NCBI GenBank assembly: GCA_963730095.1
Contig: CAVSQJ010000002.1
Span: 2,171,844 to 2,235,843 of the forward strand
From: an uncultured Acidobacteriota bacterium
Lineage (GTDB): Bacteria > Acidobacteriota > Vicinamibacteria > Vicinamibacterales > SCN-69-37
Direction: 5' to 3'
DNA length: 64,000 bases
A program made the translations under genes and the position numbers. Shown here one piece after another: positions 52,604-61,418 of this stretch (position 1 is its first letter; each line of letters starts with the position of its first letter). The notes below the pieces were generated by a model, which was not told the origin of the DNA, searched no databases, and was given only the letters and a program-made list of their open reading frames with translations.

Positions 52604-53389
52604 TCAATCCGCTGACCGACGACGACGTCCACGCGGCGCCGGCCCGCGGCCCTTTGGGGCCGCACGCGCTTTCTTGCCGGCCGGTACCGCGTGCAGGGGA
52701 GTCCCGCGTCGTGCTTCAGCGCGGCGGCCTTTTCGATGACCTCACGAAGCATAGCATTGGCCGTGCCGGTGGCCGGACGGTTTGTCTGCCAGGTCGCCGG
52801 GTTGTCGTGCGCGAGGATCTCGGGGAAGTCTTCGTTGCTCTTGACGCTCAGCGGGGCGAACGTCGTGATGTCGAGCTCGCCCGAGGACCACTCGTCGCGG
52901 TGCTTGATGAGCAGCCAGCTCTTGCCCTCGCCGCGGCTGCCGCCGTAGCCGTGCGTGCGGACGAGCACCCACGAGCCCTTGAGCTTGTAGCCGTCGAGCG
53001 TGAACTTGAGGTCGCCCTTGGCGAGGGCGGCGTCGACGTCGGGCACCGACGGCGTCCACGTGCCGCGGTCCCAGAGCATCACGATGCCGGCGCCGTAGCC
53101 CTCGGGAATCACGCCTTCGAAGGCGCCGTACTCGAGCGGATGATCCTCGACGTGCATGGCGAGCCGCTTGATCGACGGGTCGAGCGACGGGCCTTTGGGC
53201 ACCGCCCACGAGAGCAGCACGCCGTGGTGCTCGAGCCGGAAATCGTAGTGCAGCTGGCTGGCCAGATGCTTCTGGACGCAAAAGAACAAGGGCTTGTGCG
53301 CCCGTTTCTTCTGCGTCTTGCGTCTGATCGCCTGCCGGCTCGGGCGACTTCGTGAAGTCGCGCTTCCGGCGATATTCGTCGAGAGGCAT
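52604..53389 (-). CDS. Stand-alone LigD 3'-phosphoesterase domain protein (frameshifted)
   Basis: LDEYRRKRDF..SPEP, QKHLASQLHYDFRLE, SWAVPKGPS, VEDHPLEY, WDRGTW, WLLIKHRD. Confidence 0.88.
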
Positions 53390-53390
53390 C

Positions 53391-54895
53391 TTATTTCACG
53401 CCGTGCATCAGCTTGGTGACGAGCGGCGCGGCGAGAAACAGCACCACGCCGGCGCCGACGAGCGTCCAGAAGCCGAACGTGTAACCGTTCAGCGCGGACG
53501 CCGTCGTCAGCCCGCTTTCGCCGCTGACGGAGCTGGCGAAGATGCCGGCGAGGTTGTTGCCGATGCCGGTCGAGAGGAACCAGCCGCCCATGCCGAAGCC
53601 GACCAGGCGCACCGGCGCGAGCTTGGTGACCATCGACAGGCCGATGGGCGAGAGGCACAGTTCGCCGACCGACTGGATGAAGTAGACGGCCACGAGCGTC
53701 CAGAACGGAATCTTGTTGTCGGCGCCGACGAGGCTCGAGAGCGCATACATCAGCAAGCAGGAACGCGAGCCCGTTGAACAGCAGGCCGAGGCCGAACTTG
53801 CGCGGGATCGACGGGTTCGCCTTACCCATGCGGATCCAGATCCACGCGATGATCGGCGCGAGCAGGATGATCGCGACCGAGTTCACGCTCTGGAACCAGG
53901 CCGTGGGGAATACCCAGCCGCCGAGATTGCGGTTCACGATCTCGTCGGCGAGGAAGGTGAACGAGCTGCCGGCCTGCTCGAAGAACATCCAGAACAGGAT
54001 GTTGAAGGTGAAGATGATCATCATCGCGATGACCTTGTCGCGCGCGACCGGGCCTTCGCGGACGCCTTCGACGATCAGCATCACCGCCAGCGCGATGAAC
54101 AGCACGCGTGAGCGCATACTGGATGACGTCGCGCGCCTGCCGCCAGCAGAAAGTAATAGATCGGAATCATCGCGAGGGCGCCGATCGCGACGTAGCACGA
54201 CCGACTGCATGCCCGCTTTGTCCGGCGCCGCGACGCCGATGCCCTGGAGCTGCGCGCGTCCGATGTAGAACCACACGAGGCTCACCAGCATGCCGACGCC
54301 CGACGCGATGAACACCATCTTGTAGGCGGGCGCCGCGTCGGTGCCGAACACCGACTGCGCGAGCCACTGCGTCACGATCGGCGCGGCGAACGCGCCCGGC
54401 GTTGATCCCCATGTAGAAAATCGTGAACCCGCTGTCGCGCCGCTCGTCGCCAAGCGAGTACAGCCTGCCGACGATCGTCGAGATGATCGGCTTGAACATT
54501 CCGTTGCCGACGATGATCGTCGCCAGGCCGAGCTTGAAGATGCTCGCGCTCGGCATCGAGATCAGAAACAGGCCCGCCGCCATGAACACGGCACCGGTCA
54601 GGATCGATCGCTGGTAGCCGAGAATCTTGTCGGCGATGTACCCGCCAAAGATCGCCGCCGCGTAGACGAGCGCGAGGTACGCGCCGTAGGTGCGATTGGC
54701 GTCGGCCTGGCCGGTCGCCGACCCGCCGTGGAACTGGGCGACGATGTACAGCACGAGCGCCCAGCGGATGCCGTAGAACGCGAACCGCTCCCAGAACTCG
54801 GCCATGAAGAGCATCCACAGCGGCTTGGGGTGGCCGAGAATCTGTCCGAACTGCGGGATCACGTCTGTCCGAGGCGCGTCAGCGGTTGGGCCCAT
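53391..54895 (-). CDS. POT/PTR family proton-dependent oligopeptide transporter (frameshifted)
   Basis: EFWERFAFYG, GNGMFKP, FTIFYMGIN, FEQAGSS, WFQSVN, GELCLSPIGLS. Confidence 0.93.
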
Positions 54896-54934
54896 GCGGT
54901 GTCTCCAGCAAGACGACGAGAGGTCCGGAACAGC

Positions 54935-55234
54935 CTAGGAGTGCTTGCCCTCCGGCGTGAACCCCGGCGGCAGCGCCGCGCCCTCGCCGAAGAAGAACTC
55001 TTCCATGTGCTTGGCGATCAACTGCTGCGCCTCTTTTTGAAAGGGCAGCAGCCGGTACTCGTTCAGGATCATCTTCATCCGCTCTTCCCACATCTCCCAC
55101 GCCTCGGCGGAGACGTGCTCGTAGATGCGCTGACCGAGCGGACCGGGCCAGGGCGGAGCGTCGAGGCCGGGCAGGTCGCGCTGCAGCTTCACGCAGTGGA
55201 CGATGCGCGGCGTGGAATGCTCGGCGGCGGACAT
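54935..55234 (-). CDS. yggX: Fe(II)-trafficking / oxidative damage protection protein
   Basis: VHCVKL, PWPGPLGQRIYEHVS.EAW..W...MILNEYRL, MEEFFF. Confidence 0.92.
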   Translation of the reverse strand: MSAAEHSTPRIVHCVKLQRDLPGLDAPPWPGPLGQRIYEHVSAEAWEMWEERMKMILNEYRLLPFQKEAQQLIAKHMEEFFFGEGAALPPGFTPEGKHS

Positions 55235-55314
55235 GTGCGTGATACTCCCTGCCCGTTGGGTGGGCGATTGGCTCGTGCATCTTACTGCGAGACAGTGGTA
55301 TCTGTAGAACTATC

Positions 55315-58300
55315 GTGGCGACGCGAGGATGGTGGCGGGCGTCTCTCGGGGTGATCCTCCTCGCCGCGTGCCTGCCCGCCTCCGTGAACGCGCAGTACTT
55401 CGGCCGCAACAAGGTGCAGTACCGCACGTTCGATTTCAAGGTCCTCAAGACCGATCACTTCGATCTCTACTACTACCCGGAGGAAGCCGACGCCGCAGCG
55501 ATCGTCGCGCGGATGGGCGAGCGGTGGTACTCACGGTTCTCGCGCTTCTTCAATCATCAGCTGCGCGGCCGACAGGCGGTGATTCTCTACGCGGCGCCGG
55601 CGCACTTCCGCCAGACGAACGTGATCGAAGGATTGATCGGCGAGGGCACAGGCGGCGTCACCGAGGCCGTCAAGCGCCGCATCGTCCTGCCGGTGTCCGG
55701 ATCGCTGGCCGACACGGACCACGTGCTCGGCCACGAGCTCGTGCACGCGTTTCAGTTCGACATCACCGGCGACGATCCGACGGGCGCGCCGGGGACGGCA
55801 CCCGGCGTGCTCGCCTATCCGCTCTGGTTCGTCGAGGGCATGGCGGAGTACCTGTCGCTTGGCCCCGTCGACGCGCAGACGGCGATGTGGCTGCGCGACG
55901 CCGCGTTGCGCGAGAAGCTCCCGAGCGTGCGCGACCTCGACAACCCGAAGTACTTTCCGTACCGCTGGGGGCACGCGTTCTGGGCGTACATCGGCGCGAA
56001 GTACGGCGATCGCGCGGTGGCGTCGCTCATTCGATCGGCGGCCAATCCACGCTTCGATCTCGACGGCCTCGCGCGCCAGCTCGGCACCGATCCGGATGCG
56101 CTCGACGCGGATTGGCACGCCGCGATCGTCAAGTCGGCCAGCGAGGTCGCCGCCAACCGCTCGTCGATCGAGAGCGAGCCCCGGGTGCTCGTCAACCACG
56201 AAACCGGGAGCGGCCGCTACAACATCGGACCGCGCGTGAGCCCGGACGGGCGGCAGGTGGCCTACTTTTCAGAGCGCGATCTCTTTTCCATCGATCTGTT
56301 CATCGCCGACACCGAGAGCGGCCGCGTGCTGCACAAGCTGTCGAGCTCGGCCACCGATCCCCACTTCGATAGTCTCGAGTTTCTCGATTCGGCCGGCGCG
56401 TGGAGCCCCGATGGCCGTTCGCTCGTGATCACGGTCGTCCGCTCGGGCAAGCCCGAACTGGCGCTGCTCGATCCGTCGTCGGGCAGCGTCCGGCGCGAGG
56501 TGGCGCTGCCCGGGCTCGACGATGCGATCAACCCGTCGTTCTCGCCCGACGGCCAGTCGATTGTCTTCAGCGGCAATCAGGGCGGGTTGATGGATCTGTT
56601 CCTCGTTTCGCTCCGGACTGGCACGGTCGATCGGCTGACGCACGATCCGTTCGCCGATCTGGAGCCGATGTTCACGCCCGACGGCAAGTCAATCGTGTTC
56701 GTCACCGAGCGGTTCAGCACGGACCTCGCGACGCTCGAACCCGGGCCGCTGCGCCTCGCGCGCCTCGACCTCGCCACGCGCGCCGTCGTCGCGATCCCCG
56801 GCTTCCTGCACGGCAAGCACCTCAGCCCCCAGGTCTCAGCCGACGGCCGCACGCTGACATTCATCGCCGAGCCGGACGGCATCAGCAATCTCTACCGGAT
56901 GGCGATCGACGGCGGGCCGATCGAGCAGATCTCGTCGTTTCTCACGGGCGTCGCCGGCATCACGACGTCCAGCCCCGCGCTGAGCCAGGCCACGGCGGGC
57001 CGGCTGGCGTTCAGCGTGTTCGAAGACGACGGCCAGTCAATCTACGTGCTCGATCCAAACAAGGAGGCGGCGCTGGTGCCGCCGCCCGCCAACGGACGAG
57101 CCGCGCTGCTGCCGGGCCGCACGGTGTCGGACGGCGATGTCGCGCGGCTGCTGAACGACTTCACCCACGGTCTGCCGCCGCTCTCGTCCACGCCCGAGAC
57201 GACGACGTATCCGCAGCGCCTCACGCTCGACGCGATCGGCCAGCCGTCGGTCGGCGTCGGCGCCAGCTCGAACGGCGCGTACATCGGCGGGAGCGTCTCG
57301 TTCCTCTTTGGCGACATGCTGGGCGATCGCGCGCTCGGCCTCGCCGTGTCGGTGAGCGGGACGTTCCAGGACATCGGCGGCGAGCTCTTCTACGCCAATC
57401 GAAAGCATCGGTGGAACTGGGCGGCGTCGATCTCGCAGATTCCCTATCGCGCCGACTACCTGCAGCTCACGTCGCCGCCCGGCGGCCAGACTGTGCAGCT
57501 GACCGAGATCATCCAGCGCCAGACGAGCCGCGGCGTGTTCGGGCTGGCGGCGTACCCGCTCAACGCGGCGACGCGGATCGAGTTCAGCGGCGGCTCGCGC
57601 CAGCTGACGTTCACCGAGGAGCTGCACACCGCCATCTACGACGGGGTGAGCGGCGTGCTCCAGAGCCAGACGCAGACGGACTCGACGCTGGCGGCGCCGA
57701 TGTATCTCACGCAGGCCGGCGCGGCAATCGTGCACGACACATCGTTCTTTGGCGCGACCAGCCCCATCTACGGCGAGCGTTACCGGATCGAACTGGATCG
57801 CAGCGTCGGCTCGCTCAACTACAACACGCTGCTCCTCGACTGGCGGCGGTACTTCATGCCGAAGCGTCCGTTCACGCTCGCGTTCCGCGCCTTGCACTAC
57901 GGCCGGTACGGCGCCGACGCGGAGGACCCGCGGCTCGTGCCGCTGTACGCCGGCTACCCCGAGCTCGTGCACGGCTACGGGTTCGGATCGTTTACGTCGG
58001 CGGACTGCACGATCACCCCGGCCGTGAATCAGTGCACGGTGTTCCAGAGCCTGATGGGCAGCCGCATGGTCGTCGGCAACGTCGAAGTCCGCGCGCCGCT
58101 CTTCGGCCTGTTCCATGGCGGCGACCTGCAGTACGGGCGCATTCCGATCGAGGTCGCGGGCTTCTTCGATACGGGCGTGACGTGGAGCCAGGATACGCGG
58201 CCGGCCGTGCTCGGCGGTACGCAGGACCTGCTGCGCAGCTACGGCGGCGCCGCGCGCGTCAATGTCTTCGGCTTCCTCGTCCTCGAGGCCGCGCTCTCAC

Positions 58301-58362
58301 ACCCGATCGACCGACTGAGCAATCACTGGTACTGGCAGATCGGGCTCAGACAAGGCTTCTAG
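55315..58362 (+). CDS. Peptidase-MA-like + PD40 propeller + Omp85-type barrel protein (paralog of 34063-37177)
   Basis: QYFGRNKVQY, HELVH...WFVEGMAEY, SPDG repeats, GNVEVRAP, FFDTG, C-terminal RQGF; intact 1015-aa ORF. Confidence 0.85.
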   Translation: MATRGWWRASLGVILLAACLPASVNAQYFGRNKVQYRTFDFKVLKTDHFDLYYYPEEADAAAIVARMGERWYSRFSRFFNHQLRGRQAVILYAAPAHFRQTNVIEGLIGEGTGGVTEAVKRRIVLPVSGSLADTDHVLGHELVHAFQFDITGDDPTGAPGTAPGVLAYPLWFVEGMAEYLSLGPVDAQTAMWLRDAALREKLPSVRDLDNPKYFPYRWGHAFWAYIGAKYGDRAVASLIRSAANPRFDLDGLARQLGTDPDALDADWHAAIVKSASEVAANRSSIESEPRVLVNHETGSGRYNIGPRVSPDGRQVAYFSERDLFSIDLFIADTESGRVLHKLSSSATDPHFDSLEFLDSAGAWSPDGRSLVITVVRSGKPELALLDPSSGSVRREVALPGLDDAINPSFSPDGQSIVFSGNQGGLMDLFLVSLRTGTVDRLTHDPFADLEPMFTPDGKSIVFVTERFSTDLATLEPGPLRLARLDLATRAVVAIPGFLHGKHLSPQVSADGRTLTFIAEPDGISNLYRMAIDGGPIEQISSFLTGVAGITTSSPALSQATAGRLAFSVFEDDGQSIYVLDPNKEAALVPPPANGRAALLPGRTVSDGDVARLLNDFTHGLPPLSSTPETTTYPQRLTLDAIGQPSVGVGASSNGAYIGGSVSFLFGDMLGDRALGLAVSVSGTFQDIGGELFYANRKHRWNWAASISQIPYRADYLQLTSPPGGQTVQLTEIIQRQTSRGVFGLAAYPLNAATRIEFSGGSRQLTFTEELHTAIYDGVSGVLQSQTQTDSTLAAPMYLTQAGAAIVHDTSFFGATSPIYGERYRIELDRSVGSLNYNTLLLDWRRYFMPKRPFTLAFRALHYGRYGADAEDPRLVPLYAGYPELVHGYGFGSFTSADCTITPAVNQCTVFQSLMGSRMVVGNVEVRAPLFGLFHGGDLQYGRIPIEVAGFFDTGVTWSQDTRPAVLGGTQDLLRSYGGAARVNVFGFLVLEAALSHPIDRLSNHWYWQIGLRQGF

Positions 58363-58406
58363 CATCGGCAATCGGCAATGTAGGATCGGCCATGGCAGAG
58401 CCGATG
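58363..58406. repeat. Partial family-A palindrome
   Basis: CATCGGCAATCGGCAATG...GATCGGCCATGGCAGAGCCGATG shares its arm and loop with 38241-38305. Confidence 0.6.
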
Positions 58407-59960
58407 AACCGCCGCGAGTTCCTTGAGGCGTCGACCGTGTTGACTGGCGGGGCGCTGCTGGCGGGGGTGCCGACGGCGGCATCGGAGACGCGCGAGGCGC
58501 AGGCGGCCGCGCCCGCCGACGCGCGCATGATCGGCATCCAGGCCGGCGCCGTGTCGTTCGTCGACGAGGGCACCGAGCGCGTGCTCGACATCTTTCAAGA
58601 CACGGCGTCGATCAACACGATTTTTCTCGCGACGTTCACGTACGGCCGCGGCATCGCCGGCCGCCAACTGCCATCGCAGCCGCTGCCCGACCATGGGAAA
58701 CAGCAATACGACGCGGACACGTTCCATGGCGGCAACTACGCCACTCCGCATCCGCAGTACTACCGCGACACCGCGCTCGTTCCGGAAAAGGCGCCGGATC
58801 ACCCGGACTATGACGTGCTGGCCGACGTCCTGCCGGCCGCGCACAAGCGCGGCATCAAAGTCATTGCGTGGTTCGAGGACGTGCTGCGGTACACGGCGAA
58901 CATCGCGGCGCCAGGTTTTGATCGTGCGCGCGAGGTCGTGCTCGCAGGGCCCGAATCCGACTTCGCCTGCTCGCGCAATCCGAACACGCGCCACTTCTGG
59001 CTTGGCCTCGTCGAGGATTACCTGCGATCGTACGACGTCGACGGGCTGATGTGGGGGAGCGAGCGGCAGGGCCCGCTCGGCAACGCGCTGGTCGCGAACC
59101 ACGGCGGCGCCGGTGCGGGCGGGCGCGTGGCCTGCTTCTGTCAGTACTGCGTGGCCGACGCGCGATCGCGCGGCATCGACGTCAAGCGCGCGCAGGCCGG
59201 CTACACCGAGCTCATGGCGTGGGCCGACGCCGTGCGCAGCGGACGCAAGCCGACCGACGGCGCGTTCGTCACCTTCTGGCGGCTGCTCGTCAAGTATCCG
59301 GAAATCCTCGCGTGGGAGAAACTCTGGAATGATGCGCTCACCGATACGTACCGCGACATGCACGCGCTCGCGAAATCGATCGCGCCCGCCAGGGGCATCG
59401 GCTGGCACATCTGGCACAACAATTCGTTCTCGCCGTTCTATCGCGCCGAGCAGGATTACGCGGACTACCGTGCGCACTCCGATTTCCTGAAGGTCGTCAT
59501 GTACAACTTCTGCGGCGGCGAGCGGCTGGCGCAGTACGTGCGGAGCACGCAGCGCTCGATCTTCGCGGACCTCACGGCAGAGCAGGTGCTCGAATTCACG
59601 TACGACGTCCAGCAGTATCACGACCAGCCCCTCGACAGGCTCGCCGCCGCGGGTCTCGGGCCCGACTACGTGCGGCGCGAGACGGCGCGCGCGATGGCGG
59701 CCGCCGGACCGACGATGAAGATCTGGCCCGGCATCGACATCGACATTCCCACCGCGGCCTCGAGCAAGAAGACGACGCCCGACGATGTGTATCAGTCGGT
59801 GCGCGCGGCGTTCGAAGCCGGCGCCCACGGCGTGCTGCTGTCGCGGAAGTACTCCGAGATGCGCCTCGACAACCTGCGCGGCGCCGGCAGGGCGGTCCGC
59901 GAGACGGCGCGCAGCGCTGGTGTCAGCGTCGACGCCAGGCAGTGGACGCCTACGCGATGA
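58404..59960 (+). CDS. Tat-exported hypothetical protein, glycoside-hydrolase-like TIM barrel
   Basis: MNRREFL twin-arginine signal; YDVDGLMWGSE; CFCQYC cluster. Confidence 0.7.
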   Translation: MNRREFLEASTVLTGGALLAGVPTAASETREAQAAAPADARMIGIQAGAVSFVDEGTERVLDIFQDTASINTIFLATFTYGRGIAGRQLPSQPLPDHGKQQYDADTFHGGNYATPHPQYYRDTALVPEKAPDHPDYDVLADVLPAAHKRGIKVIAWFEDVLRYTANIAAPGFDRAREVVLAGPESDFACSRNPNTRHFWLGLVEDYLRSYDVDGLMWGSERQGPLGNALVANHGGAGAGGRVACFCQYCVADARSRGIDVKRAQAGYTELMAWADAVRSGRKPTDGAFVTFWRLLVKYPEILAWEKLWNDALTDTYRDMHALAKSIAPARGIGWHIWHNNSFSPFYRAEQDYADYRAHSDFLKVVMYNFCGGERLAQYVRSTQRSIFADLTAEQVLEFTYDVQQYHDQPLDRLAAAGLGPDYVRRETARAMAAAGPTMKIWPGIDIDIPTAASSKKTTPDDVYQSVRAAFEAGAHGVLLSRKYSEMRLDNLRGAGRAVRETARSAGVSVDARQWTPTR

Positions 59961-61404
59961 TCTCGTGAATCACGTTCCCTGACACGTCCGTCAGCCGGAA
60001 GTCGCGGCCGCTGTAGCGATACGTCAGCTTGGTGTGATCGATCCCGAGCAGGTAGAGGATGGTCGCGTGCAGGTCGTGCACGTGGACGGGCTTCTCGATC
60101 GCCTTGAACCCGAAGTCATCGGTGGCGCCGTAGGTGAGGCCGCCTTTCACGCCGCCGCCGGCGAGCCACATCGTGAACCCGAACGGGTTGTGGTCGCGGC
60201 CGTTCTGCGCCGTGCCCGCGCCGCCGCCGATCTCGACGACAGGCGTTCTGCCGAACTCCGATCCGCACACGACGAGCGTGTCCTTGAACAAGCCGCGCGA
60301 CTTCAGGTCCTTGATGACCGCGGCGAACGGCTGGTCGGAGTCCTTCGCGTTCTTGCGATGGAGCTGGATGTCGTTGTGGTGATCCCAGGGATCGCCCTTC
60401 GCGTAGTAGACCTGCACCATGCGTACGCCGCGCTCGACGAGCCGGACGGCCATCAGGCACCCGCGCGCCGTGCTGCCAGGCCCGTAGAGCTTGAGTGTCG
60501 CGTCCGTCTCCTTGCGGATGTCGAAGACGTCGGGCGCCTCCGTCTGCATCCGGTAGGCGACCTCCATCGAGCTGATCGCCGCGTCGAGTTGCGGGTCGGT
60601 CGGCTGGCCTTGCTGCCGGAGCTTGTCCAGCGTCTCCATCAAGTCCAGCTCGCGGCGCTGCTCGGGCAGCGTGAAGTCCGCGTTGTTGATGAAGGAGACG
60701 AGCTTCTTCGGGTCGAAGTCCTTGCCGATGATCTGATCCGGGCGCTCGACCTTGTCCGAGATGTACGTGCCCTGATGCACGGCCGGCAGGAACGCGTTGT
60801 TCCATAACGGCGGCCCGACCGTCGTCGGCACGTCGGGGCAGAGGACGACGAATCCGGGCAGGTTCCTGTTGTCGGTGCCGAGGCCGTAGGTGAGCCACGA
60901 ACCGAGCGACGGGCGGCCGACCTGGCTGTGCCCCGTGTTCATCATGAGCATCGACGGCTCGTGATTGGGGATGTCGGTGTAGACCGAGCGGATGAAGCAG
61001 ATGTCGTCCGCGCACTCGCCGACGTGCGGGAACAGCTCGCTGACCTCGATGCCGCTCTCGCCGTACTTCTTGAACGTGAACGGCGACTTCAGCAGCGTGC
61101 CGGTCTTGCGTTCGGTCGCCACGCTTCCGCCCGGCAGCGGCTGCCCGTGGTACTTCTCGAGCATCGGCTTCGGGTCGAAGCTGTCCACCTGCGAGAGTCC
61201 GCCGTTCATGTAGAGAAAGATCACGCGCTTGGCGCGCGCCGGGTGATCGAGCGGGCGGAGCGCGTCCTGGGCCTGACCGTCGACGAAGCCCGCGGCTTCG
61301 AGCGACTGGCCGACCAGGCTCGCGAAGGCGAGCATGCCGAAACCGTTGCCGATGCGGCAGAGCGCATCGCGGCGGGTGACGGGACGAGGGCGTTCGTGGG
61401 ACAT
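59950..61404 (-). CDS. DUF1501 family protein
   Basis: TRRDAL signal, AKRVIFLYMNGGLSQVDSFDPKP, WDHH, SEFGRTP, GRDHNP, VHDLHATIL. Confidence 0.93.
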   Translation of the reverse strand: MSHERPRPVTRRDALCRIGNGFGMLAFASLVGQSLEAAGFVDGQAQDALRPLDHPARAKRVIFLYMNGGLSQVDSFDPKPMLEKYHGQPLPGGSVATERKTGTLLKSPFTFKKYGESGIEVSELFPHVGECADDICFIRSVYTDIPNHEPSMLMMNTGHSQVGRPSLGSWLTYGLGTDNRNLPGFVVLCPDVPTTVGPPLWNNAFLPAVHQGTYISDKVERPDQIIGKDFDPKKLVSFINNADFTLPEQRRELDLMETLDKLRQQGQPTDPQLDAAISSMEVAYRMQTEAPDVFDIRKETDATLKLYGPGSTARGCLMAVRLVERGVRMVQVYYAKGDPWDHHNDIQLHRKNAKDSDQPFAAVIKDLKSRGLFKDTLVVCGSEFGRTPVVEIGGGAGTAQNGRDHNPFGFTMWLAGGGVKGGLTYGATDDFGFKAIEKPVHVHDLHATILYLLGIDHTKLTYRYSGRDFRLTDVSGNVIHEIIA

Positions 61405-61418
61405 GCGGCCTCGGTGTC

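Noticed and set aside
10414-54895. Mass pseudogenisation or programmed frameshifting in about 25 genes
   Set aside because: The breaks hit housekeeping genes (lipA, coaA), are single-base indels with intact motifs on both sides, and I saw no accompanying nonsense decay. This is typical of unpolished long-read sequence.
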